Source: Bugula neritina (taxonomy: Eukaryota; Animalia; Bryozoa). From it: a stretch of DNA of 64,000 nucleotides. Positions 1 through 18,916 of this stretch are shown here, piece by piece (positions within the stretch are counted from its first letter, which is position 1; every line of letters starts with the position of its first letter). The position numbers and the translations under genes were made by a program. The notes below the pieces were generated by a model, which saw only the letters and a list, made by a program, of their open reading frames with translations, did not search any database and was not told the DNA's origin. Location: assembly GCA_964035545.1 (NCBI GenBank), contig OZ037765.1, positions 682,001-746,000 of the forward strand, in the 5' to 3' direction.

Positions 1-736
1 GTATAGCAACTGTCAAACTTTCCTTCCCTAGGCTTTTATGTCGCAACTGATCCCTGGTGTGTTCCAGCAATTTAATATCTCTAGCCTTTGAAAACTGGAC
101 ATAATATACCAAAGGATTTGTGAAATAGAAAATATTATCTATATTATAGGTAAAAAAATGTATAATGAAATATTGATTGTATACTATTGAGGATTTAATA
201 TCAAATGTGTGAGATTTTAGCAGTTTTGTAAAACCTCCTATTCTAAGTGAAATGTTAGCATAATTTGCTAAATGTACTGCTAATTGATAAATTCCCCAAT
301 TCTCATTTATAGCGCTGTATTGTATGTTCAGTATGCTCAATATCCAGAATTACAGCTGCTGCCATTGTGCCATTGTGCCATTGCTGCTTAAGATAGATTC
401 TATACATAGAACGAATAAAACAATGGAATCTGTAAAAATCTTGGATTTTGGGAGCATAACTCTAAGACAATAATATAATAGGCCTAGTATATTAGTTCTT
501 AATTTAAACAATAAACAGCAAAAAGCTGTCTACAATATGTATGACATTATGCAATATGGGAAGAAAACAAATTAGAAATTATAAAAAATGTCATATATAT
601 TTTTTAAAGTTGAAATATAATAATATACTATAATATAATAAACAATTGTATATAATAAAGAAAAGTGTTAGAGTTGTATTACATCACACACTGTAATATA
701 ACTGTATGAATACTTCTTGTAGTTCAGAAGAGAATA

Positions 737-4691
<3,955 letters not shown>

Positions 4692-5415
4692 TTATACAGC
4701 TTTAGAGTAAAGTGTATGCAAAGACAATATGCATACCAATTATCATATTATATACCAGCAACAATTTCTAAAAGAAATGTTTTCTATAAATTTTCTATAA
4801 TTCCTCAATACAATACTATTTTAAACTTTTTATAATTAAAAAATTTTTACTTCTATCATCAGGGAAGTTAAAAATAACACTCTTCAAGTTTTAGCTGCAG
4901 CTATAATAAATCAAAAATAAAAATATTTACTTTTAATTTTTGAAACATTTTTTGTTATAGATAAGAATAAAATTTCTGTACGATTTAAATTGATTCTCTT
5001 CGAAATGTTTTATGTCATCACATGAACTATATGCAAATGAGTCCAGCTGACACTATTATATAGTTTACATATAGGCTTTATTTAGAAAACAAATAATACA
5101 TTAACCATGGCTTTGTTCTTGCTATAATAGCTGTTTGAAAAGTTAGCTAATTATTAATTATTATTATTTTGTCATACTGACTTTCTTGACCTTCTTATTG
5201 GATGTTGTTTTTCTACTAGAAGACCACATTGACCACTACAGAATGCTGGCAGCTAGTGTCATGGTTTCCTGATATATAGACATCAGTGAATCAATTTACA
5301 AACTAATGAAATAAATTTAGCTACTTATAAATTTGGCATTTTCCGCAAGCAAACATTAAAAGTTGTTTCATGATATACCTAAGAGCTAGCTGTACATTAA
5401 ACTCTCTTTTATTAA

Positions 5416-5718
5416 ACCCCTCATTCACACTTACCGTAACGTACGTTGTAACGTAAAATATCAGCCATTTTTAATGTGTCCGGGCTGAAGTTTTCAAAGT
5501 CCGCTATTAGGTATGATTTATGACACTTCATTGGACAAATATATCCAATGAGTTGACGCAAAAGTTTTTCTGTCCAATAGGAGTCCGCCATAACTCATTT
5601 GAATCAAGCAGTGTTTGATCCTACCGTACCGCAACGCCGTACAGGAAGCTCAGACATTTGTAAAAATAGCTGATATTTGCTGTTACGGTGTACGATACGG
5701 TAAGTGTAAATAGGGGGT
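5416..5718. mobile_element. Non-autonomous PIF/Harbinger-like MITE, about 303 bp
   Basis: Imperfect TIRs of about 60 bp (acccctcattcacacttaccgtaacgtac... versus the reverse complement accccctatttacacttaccgtatcgtac...). TAA flanks both ends (5413-5415, 5719-5721). No ORF. Confidence 0.8.
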
Positions 5719-8700
5719 TAAATAAAACACGTCTGCACAATTAATATGAATCGTATTTTTGTTGAGCTTTTAACAAACAAATCATTATTTGGTTAATATT
5801 AGTTCCCATGTAACATAAAGCCGCATGTGCTAGTTTTGCTATATAAAACATCTTATTATATATAATAGTCCGAAACAAACTTTAGATCAATGCATATTTA
5901 CAAACAAAATAGAATGAAGACATTTTTGTGTAAAATTCTTTGAGTAAGCAGTGCATCATCTTGAGAAAGATTGCAGCAAAAACTACAATTTATTATACAT
6001 ATGATGAAGAAAGCTGCAGTAGTTGCACTCATATTGCCAGTTGATGCATCAGCAACGTTTTTCAATCAGTATAACATTTTATGTGTGCAGATAAAATGTT
6101 ATAGTTAGAGAAATACATATGGTTTTAATATCTTATTATACGAAACAATTTGAAAATTTAAGTTAAATTAGTGAATTACATGCATACACTTTGGTTAAGG
6201 AATAGCTATAACTTGGTTGTTCTACTATATGACGGATCTACAAGTAAATGTGAATTACTTTATTTACAATAATTTCAACTAACAGCATGTCTTATTCATT
6301 CAATAGATTATAATATATATATTACCCGCTGGGTTAAAAAAATATATTTCAAAAATTATATTATTACAGCATATGTAATAAAATATTGACTAAATTAATA
6401 TGACAAGGATGACAAAATGATATTTTCAACAGCTGTTATATATTTTATAGTTATTAGCATTGTGGTGGGAATCTAGTTGTAAAACTGACTTCAGCTTTAC
6501 ATTAACGTACTATATACAAATACAATGCCAGCAGCAACAAGCAAGACAGCTAATTTCCTTCTACTACCGTTTTGAAATGACATTATAAACTAGAGATTTG
6601 TATTAACAGGCCTCTGATGTAGTCTAATTAGTACAACCCTTTGGTCTTCTGACTCATTTTCTTGCAGCAAATTGTTATTAAAAAATTCGATTTGTGAAAA
6701 AGTCATTACGAAATCCCATTTTACTTGTTTATTCTGCATATAATGATAATTATACCACCAACTGGCCTAGTTTCATACAATTCGTGTGAGATGCAATTAC
6801 TTCAATGAAGAAAGCTGTTTCAATAAGAAAAATACACTTAAACCTGCCCTGCACTTAGTTGTTATAAAAGAATTGAATCTAATTGATATTATGTTGATAA
6901 TAGAGTCTGTAGGCCAATAGAATGCCAACACAACTACACTAACTGGCATCCTGGGATATCTATGATTATGCTTAAGCAATCTCAGGTGAGGTAAAGATGA
7001 AAACAAGTTTTATAATCTTTAAATATTTCTGTCTGCATTCTTTAAACTCTGCTATGAGTTAGCGAGCAGGTGTTTGAGATGAGCTGACCTAAAATATTCA
7101 ATATCATTTGCACTCACTTCGTCAAACAAGTGATTAACTTTTATAGCCTTGATACAGCTGCTCCAATACTTTTATAGTCTCAAATTTAAAAACAATTTAA
7201 GTTGAAGAATTCCTCCACAAAGTAATGGAGAAATATAACTTTTGCCATTAAATTTCAAGCAATATTTGTTTTTAATCAAATTGAATGCATGGGCAAGTTT
7301 GTACTGCTTCTGTGACCCTTTTATTGAATTTATTTTGAGTTGAGTCCAACTGCAAATCTTTTAAAGCACTGTATTAGGTATATTATTAAATGTAGGGTGC
7401 TACTATTTACATTTTCTCTGTGGTGCATGTTTGTGAGACAACTTGTTGTGTTTTGCAGCCAGACAAGCTGTTCTAAAAAGGCTATTCATATTTTATTTAA
7501 AAAAGTGGAGCATTTTCTATCTTTCATGCAAAAGAAGTACGTAGACAGCATTATAGTCTGCGTTTAATTGTGCATTCCATTGTTAAGTGTAAAACACTGC
7601 AGTGGCTAAACACAATTGATTCACGATTGAAAAAATAAGGGAGACAGATAGTTATCTGGGTGGGATTACTTATCCAGAAGAATTGGGTCATCACTCAATT
7701 CTTCTGCCAAAATTAGGTCATCACTCAACACTCTAGACTCTTGCATCAGCCATTGGGAAATCATAGTGATTATATTGCTATAGAATGCTTTTAACAAATT
7801 CATTTATAGATAAAATCTTGAAATTTTCATTATCTGTTAACGCAGAAGAGATTTCTGAGTTAACAGGATGAAGACATGTGTCAGTAATTTCAAGCATTAA
7901 ATTTGCTGTATCTGGTTTCTATGTATCATGAATAAAGAGATTCCAGTTCATGTGTAGAGGAAATATAACTCCTTATTTTGTTAGATTTAATGCTAAAGTA
8001 TTTGGCACTATGCTGGTATAGTCACATGTGTGAAATAGTGAAGGCTGTTGCAATGAGTCTCAGGTCTCATAATAAAGGTACAAATACTTATTAGTATAGC
8101 CTCAACTTCCAAATCTCATCTCATAGCTTTTACAGTTGCACTCCCTCTGAGAACCTGATGCTTGGTTTATATATGAATTGTAAAGAGCTAAAAAAAAATT
8201 TCTGCCTTGTATTGGCTTACCAACTTCCAAACTGTGAGAGAAAGTATTTTACAAAGTATATAATATATACAACGTATATGTACAAGGTATATATACAAGG
8301 TATAGGTACAAGGTATAGATATACAAGGTATATATACAAAGTATAGTAAGTACTTCTATTCACAGGCCACTCATACATGTTTTCTATAGGTCCTACACTG
8401 CGGTCTTTCCTCATTTCAGGTCGAAATTCTAGGATTTTATGCTGTCAGGGAATACAAAGCAATCCAGTAATTATTTCTATAGAACATTAAAGATTACACC
8501 AATAAGAATAAAACGCACTATGATCCATATGAAAATATTTATCTTATAAAAGTACATAACAATGTTATAATAAAGCACTAGCAACAATTTACAGCATGCA
8601 CTGTTATATTGATGGTGGTTTGGAATGAATCATCGAATATTTATGTTCTTCTGTCAGCAGATGTATCGTGGGAGGGAATGCAAAACACTGCGTGTTACTC

Positions 8701-11700
8701 CAGTCAGGGTAGATGTTATACATGCACACATGCACTTAGTCCGTAGTCTGTGCTATCCATTATATGATTATAAAATATAAATTGACCTCCTATTGAAATC
8801 AGCTGTCCCCATATGCTAGCATCCCTCACTAGTTTAGTAAGGTATGTACAAGGTGTGACCTTTGAACTTAACAGCCGTAATTAATTGAGAAATTTAGGAG
8901 CATGGGTGATGTCAAATGTCTACCCAACATTTCCCCTGATGTCTACAGCATTTTTCCTAGGGCTTCTATGTCCATTGTGTTGAGGTACATTGCAATCATC
9001 ACAAGCTACTATAACTCCATTAACTAGCTTTCCATGAATCAATTTCAGGCTGTAGCTGGTCTGAGATAAATGAATGAAGAATAGACTCAATTGGAATGCT
9101 AACCAATCAGTCTTTGGGAATAAACAGGTCTCCCATCAAAAAGGTAGAAAAATTATACTGCCGATAAAAAATTGCATTCTGTTCGAATAAACAATAAAGT
9201 AACGTTAATTTACTCGTAAAAGTTAATGTGCCGAAATACACAATTGTAGACATCATAAAAAAGGCTGTAAAACAAATTATAGTCTAAGATAAGTAGAAAA
9301 TATGTTACTGGAATGGGATTACTCTAATGTGGAAAATTGTTTTTCCAACCAAAATTTCTTACTAAATTTCAGAGAGAGGACAACTATGCCAGCTTGGAAA
9401 ATTTAATCATAGGGTAATGTATTGGGGCTTGAGCCCAACTGGCTGTATACTGACTGAGACTGGGTTACAGGAAACTTGTGAAAGAGATTATATATTCATT
9501 ATAAAGCTATTCCTACAGACTATAGAGCCAGTAGACTTAGTGATGCTCTCACCTATAGATTGCATAATATTATGTATCATACATGAAAAGAGCCGGCAGC
9601 TGGGTTGAGTTGTTTAAACAGGATGTTTTTAACCTTGAATTTGTTAAGTTCATGTTTTCACTTAAGGTGTTATTATAAAGGGGGTTAACATTCACAGTAT
9701 TCATTTAGACTCAAGAGGCTTTGTATTAGAAGTTAATTTATATTCCTAAACTGGTCAACCCATCATTAACTTATCTAACAACTTGGCAGCTATTAGCTGT
9801 CCAATTAAACTGACCATCCCATCTGTCAACTTACAGCTAGAACTTCAATGGGACCAGATGGCAAGTGATGGGAGAATCAGTAGAACTCTGAGGGTCACTA
9901 GTGACTAACACAGTTTTGTTTCTCATGTTCTGTCATTCCAAAGCCAAAAAGTTGTCAAACTGAATTTCAAAGGTGTTGAGACACAATATAAATATTCACA
10001 ACCATCACTAATTATAACAACTAATACTATAGTATATAGTGAGTGACATCTGAAAAAAAAATTGATGATTAAGTAATATGAATTTTGTAAGTTTTCTTTG
10101 AAACTCTTTATGCATCCAGCACTTCGGTATACATTCATGCAGAAGAAAGTTTCTAGCACTCATGATGCATTTATGTTTGAGACAGATCAAGGATTACACA
10201 AGTATGTTGTTGTAGACCAGACGTACTAAAAGAATGAACTAAATTAAAGAACAAAGCTGCTTAATTAATTATACATTACATAATAACACTTGTGAATTTA
10301 TGTAAACAATCCTGTATTTTGTTGGTTTCAAACAATCTACTCACAAACAAAACAATAACGGCTTGAAATAGGCTACAACTGATAAAAAAGCCGTGTAACA
10401 ATGATGGCTATTGGTGGAGTTATCACTCAGCCACGCTAGCTTACTTGCGACTACATTACGTCACCGCTATGTTTAGCCAAGGGTCATGAACTCTTGCGGT
10501 GACGTTAGCCAATCAGATGACAGATCTATGCGCTTCATCATCATTCTATTATCAACATGTTTAGGGATTTATGTCGCAATCATTTCATTTTTTACCCAGC
10601 TCATATTATTGCAAGTTGTTGACTGCTAAGGAAGGGTTACTCATTGATGAAACATTTGAGTGGTTAATATCACTATCACCGAATAGGACTCCATATTTAA
10701 TTGTTTTGTCAACGGATTATGGACTTAATATTTGGAACATAAACTAGAATACAAATGAATTTGGAATAATTAAAATAGGGAAAAGGTAAGGTACCTGTAT
10801 GATTAGGTGATGTACAATTATTTGTTAGTCTCTGTCTGTTATACTACTGTGAGAAAAGCTTTACACAAAATACTGAATGGCTAACAATTTACTTAACTTT
10901 CTCTGAACAAAGCTCCACATTAAATTTAATACTGTATTGCTTTCAGCTTCTAATTAGCATGAAATTATTCAATTTACTTCTTGCCATAGAAGAATATTTA
11001 ACCTCTTGATAGTTGACGGGTACAGAATGAAAAATGCAGATTTTATATAGTTGAGGTTTATGATTTTTGATTTAGCTTTTGCATGGGTTTAGAATGTGCT
11101 AATTTTATTTCACAGAAAGGCTATTTCTGTTGTAAATATTTACAGAATTTGGGGAAATTAGAACTCTGCATCTAATTCTATCCTTTGAACTAGATATTTG
11201 TTAACTTTCTAAAATAAGTTGTTGAGAGAGCTCCCAATGGCAAAACTGTGTCTCGGCTCTCAAGATTATTTCTAACAGCATAGTATGAATACTCAATGGC
11301 TAGTAACCCTACAGTCTACACAAATAATGGGTGTTTTTCTTGCCACTCCTTAATGTTGAAATGATGAGGACTTTGGTAACTTGATATTTAAATTAGAGCA
11401 AGAGGGGTGCATGCATGGCTGCATCTTTTTGTGTCTATATTATATTGAATTAGTTTTGATTCAGGCTCACCAGTATAGCCCACATATTAATAGATGAAAT
11501 TCTATACTCGTTACACCCTGCATATACCAGTAGTTACTCTGTTCAGAATCTCATACTTTTTGCATTAGATATCTGACCTTCGGGTGACCCTCGTTGTGAC
11601 AAACAAGCTATAGAACATGCCATTTGTGCTGCTTCTAATCTGTCTGTGGCTAGAATCGCATTGAATACCAGTGTATTGTTAGATCAGCAAAAAATGCCAA

Positions 11701-13867
11701 CTACTGTTAGTGATGGATATAAAGGCTGTGGCCATCCAGGGAGATGTTTATTTGTTTAAAAAGTAAAGTTATTAATTGTGTGCTTATAGCAGTAACCTCA
11801 AATGGTCACATTACTAATGGAATGTGTATAGCATATACATTTCACTCAAGCAGAGTTGTATTTGAAAGCTGTGATTTAGTTTCATCGTACCATCTTCTTC
11901 GCTTTCACGAATGCAGGCATTACTCAAAATTGCACTTAAAACATTCTAGCTGCTTTTGAAGTTATCTTTATATTACCACCCACTACCCTTATAATATACA
12001 TTTCTGAGTTTTCTATATGCAGTTTTGTATTTTGTTGGAATTGTTTAATATGCAGCATTGATTTTTGGTAAATCTGACTGCTGGGCTGTTATCTATTGCA
12101 TTCTAAGCTGTCACTGATGGTGTTTACTACTTGTTTTGCTAATTGACTTTGAAAAGTTTACTCCACCAAATTGCAAATTTCGAAATCCACCACAGAAGTT
12201 AAAAGAATGGATACAATAGCATTACTGTATACTCATATATAAAGCAATTTTTTATCTGATATAGCAAAACGTATACAAACTACCACCATAGTTTACTTGC
12301 TTATGTGAATAGTAGTATAATCTAAACTTTATAATAGTGGTCTTCAATATAACCAATGGGAATAGATCATTATTTTGGTGTTGAGAATTATCTTCTCTTT
12401 ACTACGCACACATGAGTAATGAAAGCTTCACCAGAATTCGACTATAATGGTTACATGTTGGCTCCATGCTAGTCGCGTATATAGTATGCATTTGTTGCAG
12501 AAACATATTTTATTACTTAAACTAGCCATTGTAGTTTTCTATCAAAACATTTATACTATTAAGTGGAATAGCTGTGAGTACAATCCCATAGTTCTCTTTG
12601 ATCTCTCTTGTCTAGTAAATTGAGATTTCCACTGTTCTTGGTTTAGAGCTGAAGGGTGAGAAATATTGGCTACTCCACCATCAACTCATGTATAAGATTA
12701 CTGAAATGTTCTCTACAATATCAGAACTGTTGCAGACTTGAGACAGTCGACCATCTCAGAAGTATATCAAGAGTGTACTGTTCACACAGTTTACTGTAAC
12801 ACAAGAGAGTGGTGAACTCTGTTATAAGCCACTTTACAGAACACAACTACCTTCTTAGTGCTTTGAACAGTGGCAACCTTGTGACCTGATGCCATTAACC
12901 TCTACAGCTGTGTGAACTCTTATGTCATAACAGTTCTTAGAAAACCAACTTGTCCAACATTTATTACTGAGTTGTAGCAAACAGCTAAACTATAATATGC
13001 TTTGTTTTTGTTATGAGCTTTATTTCACACCTGATAGAATTTGATTCCTCCATAATCTGAACTGTCAGCGGTTTAGCAAATCTTTAAAGTTGATTTATGT
13101 CCCATCTCATTCATATTCTGTAAAGCTATGACAGCTATAAATCTCAGTTTTCACAGCTACTGAAAGACAGCTGTTTGCATTCATTGCTTTATTTCAAAAA
13201 CAGTTGCAGAATAAGATTCCTGAAGATAATTCACTCAAACATTTGCAAATTAATGTTTGGTGTTTGCCAAATACCTTGCAGTAAAATTATAGTCCCCAAA
13301 AATTTATTCACACCAAAATAATGATATCATTCTTAATTTTATCCTTCAGAAAGTTATTGTGGTATTGGTGCGTACATCTATGTCGGCCATCTTTAAAAGC
13401 CAACTTCAAATTCCTAAAAACATCTTTGAATTCAACTTGTATTATGACCATGAATGAACTCCATATATTAATAACTACAATCACTGAACTACTAGTAAAG
13501 ATTGTACCTTCTTGTTGAACTTAATAAACAACTAGTTATTATGTTAATTAACAAGCTTGCTAGCTAGCCTTTCTCCTGTCACAACATAACCTCACATCTC
13601 CAGACTCGCTTCCACATCAAACCTCACCTGGTATGACACAAATCAATGGTCATGTGACTGATCACACCTGAACAACGACCAGCCAATAGTATAGTTCTAG
13701 TGTTGCCAGATCTTGGCAATGGCTGATGTAAATGTGTTATTTTAATCTGTTCTTGCATACCATACTGTTATTGCTCTATTAAATTCTCTGTAGGTGTTCA
13801 CCTTGCAATAAGAGAAGATTTGACTAGATAGATACAGATAGCAGCAATAGAGGAAGGACTGAGCATT

Positions 13868-16800
13868 ATGGGAAGTTTTTTCTTGCCAAATGACTATCGC
13901 AATGGCGGCGACTATGACAATGATGATCATAGGTTGGGATACAAAAAAGAGACTGGCATGAATCAAAGTATATTTGGAAACAATCTGTGCTTTGCTAACA
14001 TCAAAAAAGGTCTGGGCTTTGCCAGCTCCGAAGTGGCCGTCTCCTCTACCACAGGGAGTGAGGCAGCAAGCAACACTGACCAATGGAATTACAACAGAGC
14101 CAGATCTTCACCAATTGTGGAGCGGCTCATCCTGGAGGAGATTCAGAACGACATCGCTGAGTATGCTGTCACAATTGGAGTCTCCATGGGTAGGTTATCT
14201 CTTTCTGTTTGAGCTCTGAGCCGTGAAGTATCTGTTGTAATGCAACTCCAGTTTCTAAAAAGCAAATTATATTGTTTGGTTTATTCAGGCTAGAAGTTTA
14301 CTGTTGTAATCTTAAACTGATTCTTATCGGCTTCTATAATTATAATGTATATATAGTTGCTTTGATTTGGCAAAGTGAAGTATTTTCACCAAAAAACTTT
14401 AAATCTTTTCAAAATCAGCAATGGCTGGCCTTCAAACCATCAATCAGTTTGTGTATCAACCTTCGGTTCATCCTGAGTACTAGCTGTTTCCTTGTTTCAC
14501 CACCACATGCATCTTAGTAACATACAGTGTAGAAATCAATCAGTTAAATTTAGATGTAAACAACTGTTTCTGTTGGCTGCGATGAAATTAGGTCAATGAT
14601 ATGTCACATATGAGCTATAGAATCCCTGGAATTAATGTAATACTTGTGAAATCAAATAAAATTACGGCCACAATGAGAACAGCATGTTGTTGCTGATAGA
14701 AGCTGCGCTGTTTTGGACCATGCTGTTGATGTATACCTGACAATCACAGCACACCTCCATGTCATTCACAGCTTATTTCATAGATTTCTATTTTTTGCAT
14801 TTTGCCAATTGTTTTTAAATAGCATCTATCAGACGGTATGACACCTTCTGTCTGTCTGTATGTCTGTCAAAGGCAATATCTATTTCAGCCATATATCACT
14901 CCTCTGTTTAGTTTCTGCCTCCAAGCTGCTTACAGCCCCCTTCACTGGTAATTATTAAGGCTTAGCCATCATAAATCTCATGTGATTGAACTTGAGGTTG
15001 AACGTACTCCAAATAAGTAGATTGGGGTCTCCATTCATGTAGATTATGTTGGATAACCCAGACAGCTTAGTCTTTCTTCAGTCTACTTTATGTGAGCCTC
15101 TGTCCTGCTAGTAGGATCTGGGGTGAATCTTTAGTGCTCTACTTAATTGTTACAGAAACCAAAATAAATTAAAAGTTGCATTAAAATATTCGTAATTTAA
15201 GTTTTAACAGTTTAATTATAGGAGCTTTCAATTTTCTGTAATAGATATTTGACTTTATTTGATCAGGTAGCTACTTCTTCAACACTGAATCTGCTCCAAA
15301 AAACTAAAATCATTTAGTGCAAAGCTGAACAAACAATAGTTGATTTCATACCCTGACTTTTTCACATGAAGATTCTTAGGAGTCTACAGAAGTTAATCTA
15401 TTCACTGGTACTCTGCTTAGCCTTAGTCTTTCATTATGATATCATATGTTGCTTAGCTTACGGAGTTATTTCCCCTAACAATTCATATATTCTAGTAAGT
15501 CCATTAAAGGAAATGATGTGTTAATGATATTTGTAGCTTTGTGAGACACTAACATTAGTTGGAACAGTCACCAAAAGTGTTTACTTGTAGTCTTGCTGTT
15601 TATAATACATAACAATACATTGTTGTTGATCCATGTCTTCACCTCACCAGAGATTTGGAGTTCCTACACACTACTGTATTGTATTGTTGAAACGCTTGGA
15701 CTAAAGTGATTGTATAACAAAGTCTGTATATACTGCATATAATGTTAAGATGTACAGCAGTTCTGGATAACAGATATTACAGAGTAGATACTTTTTAAAA
15801 TAATAAAGCAATTAATCACAGCCAGGGGTTTACTGTCTCAATATCCAGATGAAGTCCCAACTAAATCAGTTGCAAAGTAATTGTGATAAAATATTCTATA
15901 ACGTGAGCTCTTCTTTTTTCTGAACTGACATTAATGTCATAATATTCTACAGTTTAGTCTCTAATCCTAACAGATCTTTAAACAATGGCCGTCTTACCAA
16001 GTGGCACAGCAAACAGGCTATAGCAGTCTCTCTGTTTGCGTCAGAAGAGGCACAAAAAAATAAACTGTCTGTGTCTGTTCTACCTCGGCTAGTAAAACAA
16101 TCATTAATATCTGGCCTTCATATTTTCAACTTCCACTGTTCCCAGCCCTGTCTCCCCCCCCCCCCGCCTATATACCGTACCAATGTTGCCTTTGCTGTTC
16201 TTACCATATCATGTTTTTAGTATTCACTTTTTTTATTCTCCACTGTTCCGTTTTTGGGTCACAAACTGTTTAGACGTTGAGCAATTACTTGTTTTAACTT
16301 GGAGAAAGGTTGCCATTCTATAGACTTCATTGAGAAGCTCGCTAAGTTACAGTGCTTGGATAAATTTACACCATCTCATATACCATGGACATAGTGGAAA
16401 TATTGACTAGAAAAATATATAAATGTTTTTGACGGTTGGATGTTTGCTTTTCCATGCTTTTTTCAGCAATATTTTTTTTAAAACTGCATAAAATCTTAAT
16501 TGGATCTCTTTGGGTGATATGATTGGTTGGTTCATAGAATACTGATAAATAGCGTTGATAAACCACAGGTTATTGGGTGCCTCCATGAGCCACAGAAAAA
16601 AGATTCATATTATATCAGTTTCAGCACTTAATGGCTAAAGAATTTTTGCAGCCACTTTATGCATTATATTATGTTTCACTAACAAAGTGTCACTTCTCAT
16701 AAAATATCAGTTTTAAGAAAGTTAAGTTTTATAACCAAGCTTCCTCAAAATTATATAATATAACTATATGCTTATTTTCAAGTAGTTGAATCAAATGTGA

Positions 16801-18916
16801 TTTTTGGCAAAAAGTTGTGTCTGCCCTTATAGCTCTGCATCAGTTCACCAGTGACTGTTTTCATTATTCAAATAATCTTGTCCTTGCCAAACGTGAGATA
16901 TGCTCCTGACAGGAGCCATGTTTCCACATCATCACGTGAGACATGTGCAGTAGTTGTACGAACTATGATCCCGGACCTTAGAATGGAAAACTTGCAACTT
17001 ATAGCTCTTGGGAATAGCCTTTCATTTGCCATTTAACCATCGGAATTCCATTACCTTTAGGTTAATACTTGCCTCTGTTTAATAGGCAATGCATTCTTAC
17101 TGGTTAGATACAAACAAACAGGATCTTCGTCCAACAGGATGTAATCAGCTAGAAAAAATTACTAGCCATTCATTGTCTCCATGTTGCAGATCCGAAACAG
17201 TGGTGTGTTGAAGACACACGAAAGTGGTTGCAGTGGGTTTCTGCTCTCTATCAAATTGGAGATCCAACCAATTGCCTGTCTTTTGATGGACCAACTCTGT
17301 GTGGATTTACAGATCAAGATTTTGTTCTGTTGACTGGTTCAGAAGACACAGGACTTAAGATTGCTGCTCAACTTGACTTGTGGAAAAATGGTAAGATTCT
17401 ACCTACAGAAGGAATGTTTTACTTACATTGGAAAGTCTTTGTGTTTGCAGTCATGCTGTGCTTGGAGGATTTTTAATGTAAATGACCTAAGATCTAAAAT
17501 ATTTGTGTATTTAAAGAATGTTTGCTGTTATGACTTTTAAATGTCTTCAAAATTACATCTTGCAGCTACTCGAATGACTCCAAGTGCAGGGTCTTACCAT
17601 TTTCAGCAGCAGCAACAGCAGCAAGCAATGAATGAGAAACTGGGAATTACGTCTCTAAACAGTCTGGAAAGTAACACACCAAAACTGCTAGACGCGGGCT
17701 GCTCCTGGACATCAGCCGGCCAACAGTTCTCTCTGTCTGGGATGCTTACCAACACTGACCAATACACTAACAACAGTGCAGTGGACAATACACCAATTGC
17801 AACTCTACAGGGCAGCTTCCAGGACATGGCAAACTCACAGTTTCAAGGATTTAGCACACAAACTCTTGACTTACCAACTTTTATGAATGAGCAACCAGGT
17901 CAAAGTGCATCTCGTATCCCTCTTACCAGATTTTTAAATGAGTCACCACAGGGGCGCAACACACCACGGCCTACAATTCCTCTAGATCGTTTCAGAAGTG
18001 TTCGAGAATCTTGCCAAGATAATGGTTTTCTGACTTGGGAGAAGTACCAAGAATTTACAAATGTAACACCAAACAGAAATTTACAAAACCCTGTATTTGG
18101 AAATTCCAGCAAAGGTACCATGCATAATCCTCTAACTACTCCAATATACAACATCAACAAGCATAAGGATGATACAGTAAAACCACCGCTGATTACAGCC
18201 ATGATCACTCCAAAACTGGAGGTGCTTTCTCCAAGCCTTGAAACCACGGAGGCTAATAAGCCCCTCCCTGACTACACAACTCTCAATACTGTGAAAACAG
18301 AGGCTATGGAAGCTGAAACAGCGCCAAAAGATGGACCTTCAACATCTAAAGGTAAATTGTCACAAGAGCAAGTAACCTAATTGCAACTCTGATTAAAGTT
18401 CTATTTGTACTAAGTAATCCAGGACTCTTATCTTTACAGAAACACTTAAACAATCGCAACTTCCTCACATTTCCTGTATGATGTATACACACACTAATAA
18501 CATCATGTCATTCTGTAGGTACTGAGAAGGCAGCCAAGAAGAAATCATCCAAACACCCAATCCATCTGTGGGAGTTCCTCAAGCAGCTGTTGGTTGATGG
18601 AAAAGACTGCATCAAATGGGTTGATCAAGAGAAAGGTTAGTTGTCTTCCGTGTTACATCCTATCCTGAGTAGAATACAATCTTCCAGCCATACATAAGTT
18701 ATATAGAATACTAAACAACTTTATATATTCTCAGGTGTCTTTCGAATCTCCAACTCTCAAGAAGTGGCCAAATTCTGGGGCGAGCGAAAGAATCGACCCG
18801 CCATGAACTACGATAAACTCAGCCGATCTATAAGACAGTACTACAAGAAGGGGATCATCAAGAAGACCAGTCAGGGAAAGAGATTGGTCTACCAGTTCTG
18901 CCAGGGCTATTTATGA
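13868..18916 (+). CDS. SPDEF: SPDEF/PDEF-type ETS transcription factor (PNT/SAM + ETS), 5 coding exons: 13868-14189, 17190-17390, 17566-18351, 18519-18635, 18735-18916; 535 aa
   Basis: All junctions are GT-AG and phase-consistent (1608 nt in total). PNT motif: [16 protein letters not shown]...FDGPTLC. ETS domain: [11 protein letters not shown]...[13 protein letters not shown]...[30 protein letters not shown]...RLVYQF, which is the PDEF-subfamily signature. AATAAA at about 19468. Confidence 0.92.

Noticed and set aside
6500-7560. Possible decayed transposase or other coding remnant on the minus strand
   Set aside because: Multiple stops and no motif I can identify.
10400-10790. SPDEF promoter and non-coding first exon (CCAAT at about 10509, donor AG|GTAAGG at about 10786)
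   Set aside because: Plausible but not distinguishable from chance or from a repeat fragment without transcript data.
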